NCBI GenBank assembly: GCA_964016885.1
Contig: OZ024742.1
Location: forward strand, 243,226,001 to 243,290,000
DNA: 64,000 nucleotides
Source of the DNA: Eledone cirrhosa
Taxonomy: Eukaryota
Direction: 5' to 3'
The position numbers were made by a program, and so were the translations under genes. Below, piece after piece: positions 41,820-55,825 of this stretch (within the stretch, counting starts at the first letter, position 1; every line of letters begins with the position of its first letter). The notes beneath the pieces were generated by a model. That model ran no database searches. It was given only the letters and a program-made list of their open reading frames with translations, and was not told where the DNA came from.

Positions 41820-41867
<48 letters not shown>

Positions 41868-41900
41868 AGAACGAGGAATCAGTTCAGTGTTGCATCATAT

Positions 41901-41934
<34 letters not shown>

Positions 41935-42021
41935 AAAGGTTTGTTACATTAAATGTCTCACGCGAGTAAAAATATAGAAGAATTTGAAAATGCAATTGGA
42001 GTCTTTTAAGAATATTTATTT

Positions 42022-42059
42022 GCTTTACCGGTTTCACAGTTCTTATGATTATCAAAAGT
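42022..42059 (-). ncRNA. Diverged minimal hammerhead motif, U3:A8 core
   Basis: Minus strand: actt-TTGATAA-tcat aagaa ctgt-GAAA-ccgg-TA-aagc. Confidence 0.5.
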
Positions 42060-42216
42060 AAAATTGAGATGTAGGGATTGTGTTTCTAAATATATCTACC
42101 ATTTATATTCGGGGGTGGTTTGCCGTTACAATAACACCGAGTTGGTAAGCAATCCCCGAACCAAATCTATCATCTATTTTCCATTCTCTGTTTGTATTCG
42201 CCGTAATCCTGTAACC

Positions 42217-42290
42217 AACACCTGATGAAATCGTCTAAGTCTTGCATCAGGATCGGAATGGAACTGGGTCATTGAAATATGTATAGTGAT
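42217..42290 (+). ncRNA. Type I hammerhead motif
   Basis: cac-CTGATGA-aat...att-GAAA-tatgta-TA-gtg; second copy at 43873-43940 lacks the 3' stem I strand. Confidence 0.6.
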
Positions 42291-43130
42291 TTTGTGGAAT
42301 TAAAATTTTAAAACAAGTTTCCAGTCCGGCCTTCTATTGTTTTAATGAATATTTAACTTCATTCCTGCACCACCCACGAGATACCATATCTACGATGGAT
42401 GATCTGCATAAGCGTCGAGTGCTTTAATTTATTACATCATCGTTTACTAACCGGAATCACCAGTTCTACCCATTGGTAAACTGCATGACATAAATGGAAT
42501 ACAGCTCCTGTTACTGTCGAACACTTTATGATGTAATGAAGAACCGAGGCCCCGACCCCAATATAAAGGGAACTACCACCACAGACCTGCTGAAACTGAG
42601 TCTTCCACGAAATATGGACCTGATCGTACACAGCTATTTACTTCCTAATGGACAAACGAGATTGTCGGTTATGTGATACTATTTAACTTGGAATATTTTA
42701 TATTGAGTTATTTATTTTTAGTGATGCATTCCATAACTTACATTAAATTTCATTCAATTCTATTTGATTCTGACTTTATATTATATGCCTTGTATAGGTA
42801 GAGTACACCTTACTTTATAGTTTAATGGTTATGATATAGGTCATGGGTGATATATACAATTCTGATACCACATGTCTCAGTATGGTCTCCATACCAATAT
42901 CTAATGATTCACTTTATTCAACTATATATTGTTTCTCGCTACCTCCCTTACTTCCTTGCTAAATTAATTTTTCATTATACAGCCCCATAATTATTTAACG
43001 CTTAACCTTCGTTATAGTTCATTTAAACTAGAACCTTACTTCTATAGATTTATTTTATATTTAAATATTTTTCATATTTTCATATTTCATCTTATAGCAA
43101 ATAATTAACTATATCATATTACATACCATG

Positions 43131-43313
43131 GATTGGCAGTATCGGTAGAGGGTCTGACGCCATGCTTTGCAGCAAAGAGTTATGGCCCTTTATGGTCTGA
43201 GTTCAAATCCTGCCGAGGTTAACTTTGCCTTTCATCCTTACGCGGTCGATAAAATAAAGTACCAGTAATACACTGCGATAATTGTTGGCCTTGTGCCAAA
43301 AGTAGAAACAATT
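43131..43313 (+). mobile_element. tRNA-derived SINE with 15-bp TSD
   Basis: TSD atattacataccatg at 43116-43130 and 43314-43328. Confidence 0.93.
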
Positions 43314-44042
43314 ATATTACATACCATGATTTACTCTATCTGTAATATAACTGTTTTTACTTTTGGCACAAGGCCAGCAATTATCCCAGTGTATTACTGG
43401 TTCTTTATTTTATCGACCCCGTAAGGATCCTTTATTCAATAATAGCTACGGTTTTAATTAATTTCAGTTTTACCTTCAACTATCTACATGATTTTCTACC
43501 TAAGTATAGCTATATCTAATTAGTTACATCTACCACTTAATTTACCGTGCCATGGAGAAAAATAAGAATATGTAATATGTTATCTATCATCATATCATTC
43601 TCGTTGGTATTGTTGGCATTTTCTGGTGTGCATTAAGCCATCGACTGATGGACAGTAGAATTTCTGGTGCCACCTAATAACCTCAAAACCCCTCCATCAC
43701 ACCTACCAACCCATAATGCGTAGCATGATGACTTTGTGACATTCAGGGATGGTTTGCCGTTACAATAACACCGAATTGGTAAGCCCTCCCCGAACTAAAT
43801 CTATCTTCTATTCTCTATTCTCTATTTGTGTTCGCCGTAGCCCTGTTGTTTTATATAGCTAATTCTGCAATCAACACCTGATGAAATCGTCTGCTTTGTA
43901 TCATGATCGGAATGAAATTAGACCATTGAAATATGTATTACGGAATTAAATTTTGATATAGAAATGGCTTCTACAGGACTAGAACTGAAACAGGTCTAGT
44001 TCTGTAGAAGCCATTTGTTTATTAAACTTGATATATATGTAG

Positions 44043-44184
<142 letters not shown>

Positions 44185-44335
44185 ACACGGGTGTGTATGA
44201 TTGTGTATAGAAGATTATATTAATAAGAGGAATTCCAACTTTGTCTGATTTACTCGTTTTATTTACAATCCTTTAAAATATATAATGGTATTAGAATGAA
44301 ATAGTATGATAGAATATTAAATTCTAAGTGTTAAT

Positions 44336-44374
44336 TGAACAAGTACTTTCATGCTTTCGCAATCTTCAGGTTCA
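44336..44374 (-). ncRNA. Minimal type I hammerhead ribozyme motif
   Basis: Minus strand: tgaac-CTGAAGA-ttgc gaaa gcat-GAAA-gtac-TT-gttca. Confidence 0.78.
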
Positions 44375-44755
44375 TAATATGTGGTGACAGTCAAGTTTGC
44401 AATTTTCAACTATATATATATAGAGAGAGAGAGGGGGGGGATAACAGCCAAACGCCCTTAGAGCATGCTGAATGATGTGTTCCATAGTTTTGTTGGGTTT
44501 TGCTATATATATACATGAGAAAGTTGGTGTGGTTTCGACTAGAATCCTTTTCATCGTAGTTCTATTCCATCAAGACTGCAACACTGACCTTGGGCTAAGT
44601 CACAACATATTATTACATATACGTATTTGTATGTGATTGCCTGTGTGCGCGCGAGCTTGTGTCTGTGTCTGTGTCTGTGTGTGAATATTGGCATACAAAT
44701 ACTTAGTCTCACATTCACACGTACATATATGTACATATGAATATGATATATGTAA

Positions 44756-44786
<31 letters not shown>

Positions 44787-44821
44787 TACACACATCTATA
44801 TATATATTCTGTTAGATTAAG

Positions 44822-44879
<58 letters not shown>

Positions 44880-44882
<3 letters not shown>

Positions 44883-45028
44883 TTTGAAGCATATAGGTAC
44901 CACCCTTTATGATCTGAGTTCAAATCCCGCCGAGGTTCACTTTGCCTTTCATCCTTACAGGGTCGATAAAATAAAGTACCAGTAATACACTGGGAAAATT
45001 GCTGGCCTTGTGACAAAAGTAGAAATAG

Positions 45029-45067
<39 letters not shown>

Positions 45068-45327
45068 AACAAGTAAGACCCCGACGGCTGAGCTCAAGCC
45101 GTTTCGACGGCTAATTCGTTATATATATATATATATATTAATTGTTTCTACTTTAGGCACAAGGCCAGCAATTACCCAGTGCATTACTGGTACTTTATTT
45201 TATCGACCCCGTAAGGATGAAAGGCAAAGTCAACCTCGGCGGGATTTGAACTCAGATCGTAAAGGGACGTAACTATGCTGAAAAGCATGGCGTCCGACCC
45301 TCTACCGATACTGCCAATCCACCGCCC
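44880..45327. mobile_element. Two tail-to-tail SINEs (44880-45030 +, 45138-45327 -) flanking a family A fragment
   Basis: Family core on both strands. Confidence 0.85.
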
Positions 45328-45392
45328 TATATATATATATATTAATATTGACGAAACATAAGTCAATTGCATGAACTCATAATCCTTTATTT

Positions 45393-45448
45393 ACTGCTAT
45401 ATATATTTCGATGATAGCCATTGAATAGCTATGACCTCATCAGGCAGT
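45393..45448 (-). ncRNA. Type I hammerhead ribozyme motif
   Basis: Minus strand: actgc-CTGATGA-ggtcatagcta ttcaa tggctatcatc-GAAA-tatata-TA-gcagt. Confidence 0.8.
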
Positions 45449-45710
45449 TAGTCAGTTCTTAGATATGCCAGCTCTGTGTGTATAGCGTTGATGTGTGTAT
45501 GTGTTCTTTCTGTGTGTGTGTGTATATGTCTGTTTGTGTGTGGATCTATATGAGTCGGTGTGTCTATTGGTGGGTGGGTGCCTGTCTGTATATGCGCGCG
45601 TGTGTTTGTGTGTGTGTGTGCGTGTGTGTGTATGCGCGCGTGTGTATGAGTGTGTGTGTGTGTGCGTGCGTCTGTGTATGCGTATGTGTGTGTGTCAAAC
45701 ATGTAATTTA

Positions 45711-45750
<40 letters not shown>

Positions 45751-45865
45751 GGAAAAAATGAAACGAAATTTCATTTCCCACTTTTAGTAACGTACATATA
45801 TATATATACATATATATATACATATATATATACATATATATATATACATCTTCTCCCCATTTTTT

Positions 45866-45916
<51 letters not shown>

Positions 45917-46463
45917 ATACTAAATAAGTATTTACTATATATATACACACACATACATACATACATACATACATACTTACATACCAATATGTGTGTGCCC
46001 CTATGCCACTACGTGTGTGTTAAGATATATATGGAACCAACTTAATAGAAAGAACGTCTGACGATACTTTTTCCAACTTTCTCCACTCCGAGTTCAAATT
46101 TCACCGAACTCAATTTTGACTTTAATTTCTTTGGGAAGTTGATAAAATACCAATCCAAGTTGACGGGATTAGTAGAGCGTGGGACGGGGTGCTTTACAGT
46201 ATTTCTTTCAGCCCGTTACAACCGGATGTTGTACTCTAGTTTACTAGGGTACAACATCCGGTTTATCATCACTACCGGGTCCATGGGTGCCTTTAGCGGG
46301 GTAAACTCTGTTGGAATCTCTCAGGCTAAATTTCCCGTTTCAGTATAATTCTTACCCTCCCTTTAATGAGTTTCGGAGGACCGGAAAAAGTTATGGGTTA
46401 AGGGGCTACCTCGCCTCAGCTCCGACTAACCGGCAAAAAAATGTATGTGCCCTCACATATATG

Positions 46464-46794
46464 CAGCGTTTCTCAACCGGTGTTCCCCGGAACCCTAGGA
46501 TTCCGCAAGAGGTCGCTAGGGGTTCCGCGAGAACCAGTGATAAATAAACTATTATGTTTTAAAAAGTAATTTTTGTTTAAATTTATATTCGTAATTTTAC
46601 TATACATTTACGACATATTGTTGGAAACTCCTTGTTTATTTTAAGAAAGACTTCAACTTCTTATATTATTTTAAACTAGGTCAATATAAGAGATAGATAT
46701 TAATAATGGTATATAATAATTTTTATGTAGGGGTTCCCTGAGATATGAACCTATTTCAAGGGTTCCACAAGGGTAAAAAGGTTGAGAAACGCTG
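46464..46794. mobile_element. hAT (Charlie-like) MITE
   Basis: Perfect TIR cagcgtttctcaacc / ggttgagaaacgctg; 8-bp TSD catatatg at 46456-46463 and 46795-46802. Confidence 0.95.
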
Positions 46795-47170
46795 CATATA
46801 TGTGTGTTTCTGTGTGCCTGCGTCTATATCTGTGTTTCTAGGTGTGTATGTGTATCTCTGTTCTTGGGCGTGTATTTGTGTGTGCATGTGCCTGGTTTTG
46901 TGTGTGTATGTCTATATGTGTGTGTGTCTAAGTACGTGTGTATTTGTCTATGTGTGTGTGTGCATGTGTCTGTGTTTGTATATGTATGTCTGTGTGTGTA
47001 TGTATGTGTATGTCTGTGTCTCTGAGTGCGTGTGTGTCCAAGTACGCGTGTCTTTCTCTGTGTGTGTGTATGTGTTCTTTCTGTGTGTGTGTGTATATGT
47101 CTGTTTGTGTGTGGATCTATATGAGTCGGTGTGTCTATTGGTGGGTGGCTGCCTGTCTGTATATGCGCGC

Positions 47171-47271
<101 letters not shown>

Positions 47272-47684
47272 TGTGTCTCTGTCTGTGTATGCGCGCGTGT
47301 GTATGAGTGTGTGTGTGTGTGCGTGAGTCTGTGTATGCGTATGTGTGTGTGTGCGTGTGTGTGTAAAACATGTAATTTATAAATATATACATAAAGGTGG
47401 GTCGCATTACCGGTAAAGTAGCTGATAAAATACCTTGCGGTGTTTGGTTACGTCATTTTATGTCTTTAAGTTCAACTACAGCCCAGGTTCATGCTGGCTT
47501 TAAATCTTTAGAGATCGATAAAATATTTACCGGGGTCGTAGTAATCGATAGTAGAGTAAGAAGGCGGTTCCCAAGTATGGCCACAGTCCAACGACAGAAA
47601 CCAATAAAAGAATATAGATATGGATGTATAAACACATACATACATATACATACATACATACATACATACATACATACATACACA

Positions 47685-48302
47685 TTAAAGGCCGGGCCGG
47701 GCATGTTAAAACTGCATACATACATACATACATACATACATACATACATACATACATACATACATACATACGTACATACTTTCTTATATACATAGATACA
47801 CATTAAAAGCCGGGCATGTTAAAACTGCATATAAACTACATACATACACACACACATACACACATATACACACACATACATACATACACATGAAAAGACC
47901 GGGCATGTTAAAGTTGCATACATACATACATACATGCATACATACATACATACATACATACATACATACATACATACACACACATACACACTAAAGGCCG
48001 GCCATGTTAAAGCTGCATATAAACTTCATACATACACACCCACATCCACATATACACACATACATATGCAAAGGCCGGGCATGTTAAAATTGCATACGTA
48101 CATACGTCCATACATACATACATACATACATACATACATACATACATACATACATACATACATACATACACACACATATTCATACACTCATGCATACACA
48201 TACATATACACGCATACATATATACTCGCATACACATACACATACAGACATCCACGCATACACACATACACATGTAAAGGCCGGGCATGTTAAACCTGCA
48301 TA
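47685..48302. repeat. Degenerate tandem repeat: aaaggccgggcatgttaaa.ctgcata x6 separated by (TACA)n
   Basis: Motif at about 47699, 47812, 47901, 48000, 48077 and 48283. Confidence 0.85.
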
Positions 48303-48314
48303 CAATACAATGTA

Positions 48315-48380
48315 CGCGCGTGCGCAGCCTCAAACATAAATATATAAATGTTAAACGCACCACACTCTCGTCACTCTCGG
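48315..48380 (+). promoter_or_regulatory. Candidate Pol II core promoter
   Basis: NRF1-type site (reverse complement TGCGCACGCGCG, 48315-48326), TATATAAA at 48341-48348, Inr-like TCACTC at 48371, CpG-rich patch, 1.25 kb upstream of the FABP-like ATG. Confidence 0.45.
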
Positions 48381-49245
48381 CGCGGCTTTTTGCCTTGTAC
48401 GTACTTTGCTGTCACTTAAACTGTTTTTCAACTTAAGCAGCCACATCAGTATAAAAGTATTATTAATATATATGAATTAGCACATATATATATAGAGAGA
48501 CAAATAGATATTGTATATAATATATAGACTATTATATATACTAAAAAGAAAAGAAACGCTGTATTCATAAACGGATTTAAAGAAAACCAAATAAAATATA
48601 AATAAAAGTTAAGAATACATATATACATATATATATACATATATATATATATTTATATATATATATATATAGATAGATATATATATATATATATGCATAT
48701 ATAAACATATATATGTATTTATGTATATGTATATATATATACAATCATATATAAATAATTACTAAATATTATATAAGTGAGTGTATATAAACACACCGAC
48801 ATACATATATACACGTGTGTTTGTGTATGGGTGTATATATATATAGTATAATATATATTTATTTATATATTCATATATTTATATACATACATATGCCGGT
48901 TGATAAATAAGCAAGGGGTAAAGGAAGTTAGTCCTCCACTAATCTTTGACAGCAGGAGCAGCAACAGCAGCAGCAGTAACAACAACAATATTAACTACAA
49001 CAGCAGCGAGTGGCGGCGAGTAACTAATAGTTTTAACAACAGCAACAGCAACAACGACAACGACAACAACAACAACAACAGCTGAGGCAGCAGTAACATT
49101 AAGCAAGTAGTAACAGAGACAGTATTTAGAAAGAAAGAAAAAGAGTTTAACAGTAGTAATAACAGCAACAACAACAGCAACAACAACAGCAACAACAACA
49201 GCAACAGCAACAGTGTTAACCAACAGTAAATATAATCATTTAGGT

Positions 49246-49278
<33 letters not shown>

Positions 49279-49618
49279 GCAGCAGCAGAAGAAGAAGAAG
49301 AAGAAGAAGAAGAAGAAGAAGAAGAAGAAGAAGAAGAAGAAGAAGAAGAAGAAGAAGAAGAAGAAAGCTAAGCAGCAGTTTTTACGGCGTTGGCGGAGTG
49401 AGAGAGAGAGAGGAACAATAGCGAGTTCATTTGTTATCTTTTATTATTATTATTATTACTATTATTATTATTTTTGTTGTTGTTTTGTTTTTCTGTTGTC
49501 AAACGACGAGAAACTCAAGAAACTCAGTCGGTCTAAAGGTTTTATCCCTGCTGCCGGGACGCGCCTGATAAAAAAATATTAACAAAACAACACAGCTTTT
49601 CACCAACTAGAAACGACC

Positions 49619-49694
49619 ATGTCCCTTAACGGTTTCATTGGTAAATGGCAGGAGCAGACTAAGGAAGGGTTTGATAGCCTCATCTCAGCCATAG
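49619..49694 (+). CDS. First coding exon of a fatty-acid-binding-protein (FABP/iLBP) family gene
   Basis: gaccATG Kozak context; MSLNGFIGKWQEQTKEGFDSLISAI-G fits the FABP N-terminus F.G.W.....e.FD.....lG; phase-1 donor G|GTGAGT at the conserved first-intron position. Confidence 0.8.
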
Positions 49695-50014
49695 GTGAGT
49701 CAAAAATCATGTTAAAATATTTCATTCTTTGAATTTTTTTCGTTGTTTTGTGGGAATTTTTTTTTTCTTTTGAGTGTTTTTGATGTGTGTGTGGGTTCTT
49801 TTTTTTTTTTCAATATATTTTGTGTCGTGGTGTTCTTACTGATGATGATGGTGATGATGATGAGGATGATGATAATGATGATGGTGATGGGTGTATTCTT
49901 TCTTTTATTTACATTTTTTTTTGCTTTCCCGTTTCTTTATAGAATTTCTTTTACTTATTCATTCTCTCCCTCTCTATCTTTATCTTCTTCCATCACACAC
50001 TCTCTTTCTCTTCT

Positions 50015-50074
<60 letters not shown>

Positions 50075-50267
50075 ATCTATCTATCTATCTATCTATCTAT
50101 CGATCTATCTCTCTGTATATACATATCTGTATCTGTATAATGTGGATGGAGCACTCAATACATGTTATAAAGTATATGATATATTTAAACCAAATTTCTT
50201 TTCTCGTTGCACGAATGTCATGCCACTACGATTATATATATATATAATCTTAGCTACCATTATACAC

Positions 50268-50377
<110 letters not shown>

Positions 50378-50400
50378 TTATATATTATATATATATATTA

Positions 50401-50580
50401 GTAAAAAGGAAAAGAAAATGCTGACAAATTTTTCCCAGTGAAAAATAGTTTAATTAGGAATAAGTATAAATTAGTAATAAGTATTAGTTAGTGTTAGTAA
50501 TAAGTATTAGTTAGTATTCAGTTTTAGTTTTAAGTTTTTACCGGTTGCGCATTTCTTATGCTTTTCAAAAATAATTTTGA
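50401..50580. repeat. TA-flanked repeat; inverted copy at 61039-61170
   Basis: Reverse-complement identity over about 130 bp; contains a U3:A8-type HHR-like motif (50535-50572, -) with GCAA for GAAA. Confidence 0.8.
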
Positions 50581-50644
50581 GATAGAGTGCTCGTGATTTT
50601 TGCTCTAATCTGTACATATATATATATATAGAATATGCATGTAC

Positions 50645-50684
<40 letters not shown>

Positions 50685-50702
50685 CTAGCTATGCGTGTGT
50701 AT

Positions 50703-50737
<35 letters not shown>

Positions 50738-50845
50738 GTATACATTCCATACATAATACATATACACACATATGTGCATACATGCGTGTAGGTGTGTAGA
50801 GTCGTATACTGTTATCATTTTAGTTGGTTTAGATTATTTTGTGGT

Positions 50846-50933
50846 ATGTATGTATGTATGTATGTATGTATGTATGTATGTATGTATGTATGTATGTATA
50901 TATGTATGTATGAATATATGTATGTATGTATAA

Positions 50934-50966
<33 letters not shown>

Positions 50967-52430
50967 TGTATGTATGTATGAATATATGTACGTATATGTG
51001 TATGCATGTATGTATATATGAATGTATGTGTGTATGTATGTGTGTATGTATGATTGTATGTCTGTATAAATATATGCATGTATGTATGAATATATGTATG
51101 GATGTATGTACGTATGTATGTATGCATGCATGTATGTATATATGTATGTGTGTATGTATGTAAGTATGTATGTATGTATGTATGTGTGTGTGTATGTATG
51201 TATGTATATATGTCTGTATGAATGTATGTATGTATGTATGTATGTATGTATGTATGTATGAATATACGTATGTGTGTATGTATGTAAGTATGTATGTATC
51301 CATGTGTGTATGTATGTAGTATGTGTGCATGTATGTATGTATGTATGTGTATTTGCGTATGTATGTAACCATGATAATATCTGTATATATTTATACATGC
51401 TTGTGTACATATGTATACATATTTGCATGTATGTATGTCTATTTGGTTATTACTATTTTTTTTAATTCATACGCTTATGCCTGTACACACACACACACAA
51501 CTGCACTCACATATGCACACGCACACTCGCGCGTATACACTCATACGTACACATACACACGCACACACATATATATGTATGTGTGTGTGTCTATAAACCT
51601 TTATGTAAAAGTTACTTTCAACACTGACATATACATACATATATTCATACATACATATACATACATATATAAATCCATACATGCGTACATACATACACAC
51701 ATACATACATCTATTCATGCATACATACACACATACATACATACATCTATTCATGCATACATACATACATACATACATACATACATACATACATACATGC
51801 ATACATACATACACACATGCATACATACATACACACATACATACATACACACATACACACATACATACATGCATACATACATACACATATGCATATCATC
51901 ATCATCATCATCATCATCATCATCGTTTAACGTCCATCTTCCACGCTAGCATGGGGCTGGAATATATACATACATACACACATACATGCTGACATACATA
52001 CATACTTACATGCATACATATTTACATACACACATACATACTTACATACATACATACTTACATACATACATATTTACATACATACATACATATACACATG
52101 CATACATACACACATACATACATACATACATACATACATACATACATACATACATACATACACACACACATACATACATACACACATGCATACATACATA
52201 CTTACATACATACATATTTACATACATACTTACACATATGCATACATGAACACATGGATACATATATACATGCATACACACATACATACACACATGGATA
52301 ACCACATACATACATACTCACATACATTCATACATACACACATGGATAACCACATACATACATACTCACATACATTCATACGTACACACATGGATAACCA
52401 CATACATACATACATACACATGCGACAGAC
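50846..52430. repeat. (TATG)n followed by (CATA)n tracts
   Basis: Direct inspection. Confidence 0.95.
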
Positions 52431-52871
52431 AGACAGATAGATGTATGTGATAGTGGGTGTGTGGGGTGGGGGGTGCATATGACCATATAAGTTTGTGTGT
52501 GTGTGGCCGGAGAATGTTCTTCGCCCACCAATTATTCGGCTTTTTATAGATTAAAAGTCAATATAAATTTTGCCTAAGAAATATATATCCATACTGATAT
52601 ATATATATATATATTTATATATTATTCTATTCTTTTACCTGTTCTCGCCATCGGACTGAGGCCATGCTGGGGCACCGTTATATATATATATAGGAACGAG
52701 TAGGACCGCGACGGCTGAGCTCAAGCCGTTTCGACAGCTAATTCTGGACGTCGAAACGGCTTGAGCTCAGCCGTCGGGGTCCTACTCGTTCCTATTACCC
52801 ACTCTACTACCCTAAGTATTGAGTACTTTGGTGCGTTATGGTCCATCTGGTTCCTTACCACATTTCCTTCG

Positions 52872-52993
<122 letters not shown>

Positions 52994-53097
52994 TAGGGTG
53001 TGGTAAAATACCAGGTGGACCATAATCCACCAGAGTACTCGATACTTGGGGTTGTCTACTACTGAATATTTTCATATATATATAATCAATGGTAATA

Positions 53098-53203
<106 letters not shown>

Positions 53204-53306
53204 ATATGCATATATATATATATATATACCTATATGCATATATATATATTCCGTCATTAAGGGTTTTCTCCCTATTTTTTATGAGCCATTTTATAGCATC
53301 CCCACG

Positions 53307-53421
<115 letters not shown>

Positions 53422-54339
53422 CTGTGTGTCTGTGTTTGTGTATGTTCTTATATATGTGTGTACGTATAAGTTTTTTATTTCATACACAGCTCTTCAGATT
53501 CATATGCACACCTCTTAAATTTGTGATTGCGTGTACAAACATATAATTGTAAAATAGTTGGTGTTTAGCCCTTTGTCAGCACTCATGATCAAACTTCTTC
53601 TAAACTTCACCTTCTTTTAATTTATGCTCAGTCATTTCTAATGGAGTCTTGCTTTTAATATTTTTATAATTTGTAAGTGGAATTAGGTCCATGGAAATTG
53701 TTAGAGCCTGTCGGAATTATGTATATATATACATACATATATATTTGTGTCTGTGCGTATCTGAGAGTCTACGAATGTATGCATATATATATAAATATGT
53801 ATATATGAAGACAGCATATATATGTGAAGGTATGTATATTTCCTCTGATAGTTTGTAATATTTTTACATAGATCTATATGATATACATACCAACACACAT
53901 ATATATCCTAGAAACGATCGTAAAATGATGATTTTTTTAATATCAGGAACTTGTTCTTTGTTTTTATTCATTGTTTTTATTAATTCATATATATATATAT
54001 ATATATATAGGCAGGCTTTGTTTACAAACAGCTAGCGAATTTGAAAATTAGGTAGTAACATGAGCTTACGCCGTATTTGACTACATAGAAGTAGTCTGTT
54101 AGTTGGGATTTAAAAAAAAAACTCTGAATGGTAAAAAGGATGAGTATTGGCTTACATTGGACACGAACCTACATCTTTGGTTTGCAGGGCTAATATATAT
54201 ATATAAACGCAAATTAATGTCCTGGCGAGGGTTTAGTAATGTGTTTGAATATTGAAGTAGAAACGGGTGTAGACATTAATAAAATGATTTGATGCACCGT
54301 TTTCGTTGTCAATTGATTTTAAAAGAATCATATATGTAT

Positions 54340-54382
<43 letters not shown>

Positions 54383-54479
54383 TGGAAGTAAGACTTTCGC
54401 CGGCTGTCTACAAGCCGCAAGCATAATCAATAAGATGCCAATTGTTTGTTTTTTTGTATTTTGGTTTTTTTAATCTAGT

Positions 54480-55010
54480 CTGGATCTATAAGGACTTGTG
54501 TTTGTTCTTCTGTTGGGAGATGGTGTTGGCAATGGTGAGGTCATGCTCCACACGTAGAGAAAAAAGTCTTATACAATTGCTTTCAGTTTTCCAAAATCAA
54601 GGTTTTTCTATTCCCTAATCCAGAATTAAAATCACGTATTTGTCGTGCTTAGATATTTAATCAGTGTCTTGTTTAATATCCTATAGAAGTGGTGTTTATA
54701 CTGGCTACAAAATAGCTGGCGGTGTGAATAGGTACTCAGTAACGTAACATTGTAGCTATTTGCAAAATGAACACCAAGTGACATTAGTCGTCCACAAATG
54801 CCAATCAGCTTCTCAGCCATAGAAAAGTCAAAGCAAAGAGGGTGATGTCCACTCTCAGGGTAACCCTTCCAGAAAATTGTGTAATCCTCACCAACGTCGT
54901 TAAAAAGACCTTCTCCTTTTAGCCTGGTCTCACTGAGTGCAACAGTAACTACACCGTAGTGCCTCAACTCACTAGCTATGATATCATGTTTGTGTCGGCT
55001 TGTCAAGTGG
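54480..55010 (-). mobile_element. Decayed RTE-type LINE endonuclease fragment
   Basis: IIASELRHYGVVTVALSETRLKGEG...YTIFWKG matches the RTE APE N-terminus. Confidence 0.8.
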
Positions 55011-55825
55011 TTGACATGAAACTATGTCTTATATTTCACATGACAAGCCTGGGTGGTATATTTCGTTTAATCTTTTTTAATTCCTATGTAGAGTGTCTTC
55101 ACAAATCTGAGCTGAGATGAGCAATATAGTCCTTTTGTAGTGATACTCAGTTGCACGGAGTCTCCCAGGATCAGTGCCCATTCAACCCCAGCTGCCAGCG
55201 ACTGTGTTTGCGTTGTGCTGCATACATGTAGAATTCTGACAAAGGAAATTGATCTGGCAATTGATCTAGCGGCAAGAGTAACCCAAAACGACAAATCTAT
55301 CATCTCAGCTGCACTTTAGAGTTGACCGCCGCAGTTCTCTTTACTCTCGCGGTGTACTTGTATCGCCTATGTCTTCCGTGATACTGGTCAGCTAGGCAGT
55401 GATTGATAAGTGTCAAAACATATTCACTAGGATCAGTTGTACACGCTTTATCTCTGGGGTCCGCAGCTGCTCTAACAATCCCTGTAACATTAGCCAGGAG
55501 CTTCAAAGTACCTAGTTACTGTATGTAGCTATGGCGAGGCCTGGCAAGAGTTTTGGTGGGGGTGGGGTGAGAAGAAAGACACACACCTAGTTGGTTCTTG
55601 GTTCAATATTTGGGCTAACCAACGACAAAACTATAATCGAATGTGTTCCAATCATACCCATCTTATTTCAGACATAATGTATCTACAACCATTTTATCCA
55701 AAACCTCCTTGCTATTTTTTTTAAATGATCGAATGTGATTTGTGATAGATTTTGTTGCTGTTCTAGCAAATCAAATCCACAGATAGAGGTTTCCTCGTTG
55801 ATTGATAGGACTTTGTTAGCTGGGA

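Larger units (their letters stand above)
40699..41823. mobile_element. Large foldback copy of family A with a SINE inserted in the right arm
   Basis: About 40778-41130 is the reverse complement of 41262-41823 once the SINE is removed; (TA)n on both sides. Confidence 0.9.
42115..43955 (+). mobile_element. Element bounded by about 200-bp HHR-containing direct repeats (pLTR-like)
   Basis: ggtttgccgttacaataacaccga.ttggtaagc...CTGATGA...GAAAtatgtat at 42117-42300 and 43751-43950. Confidence 0.75.
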
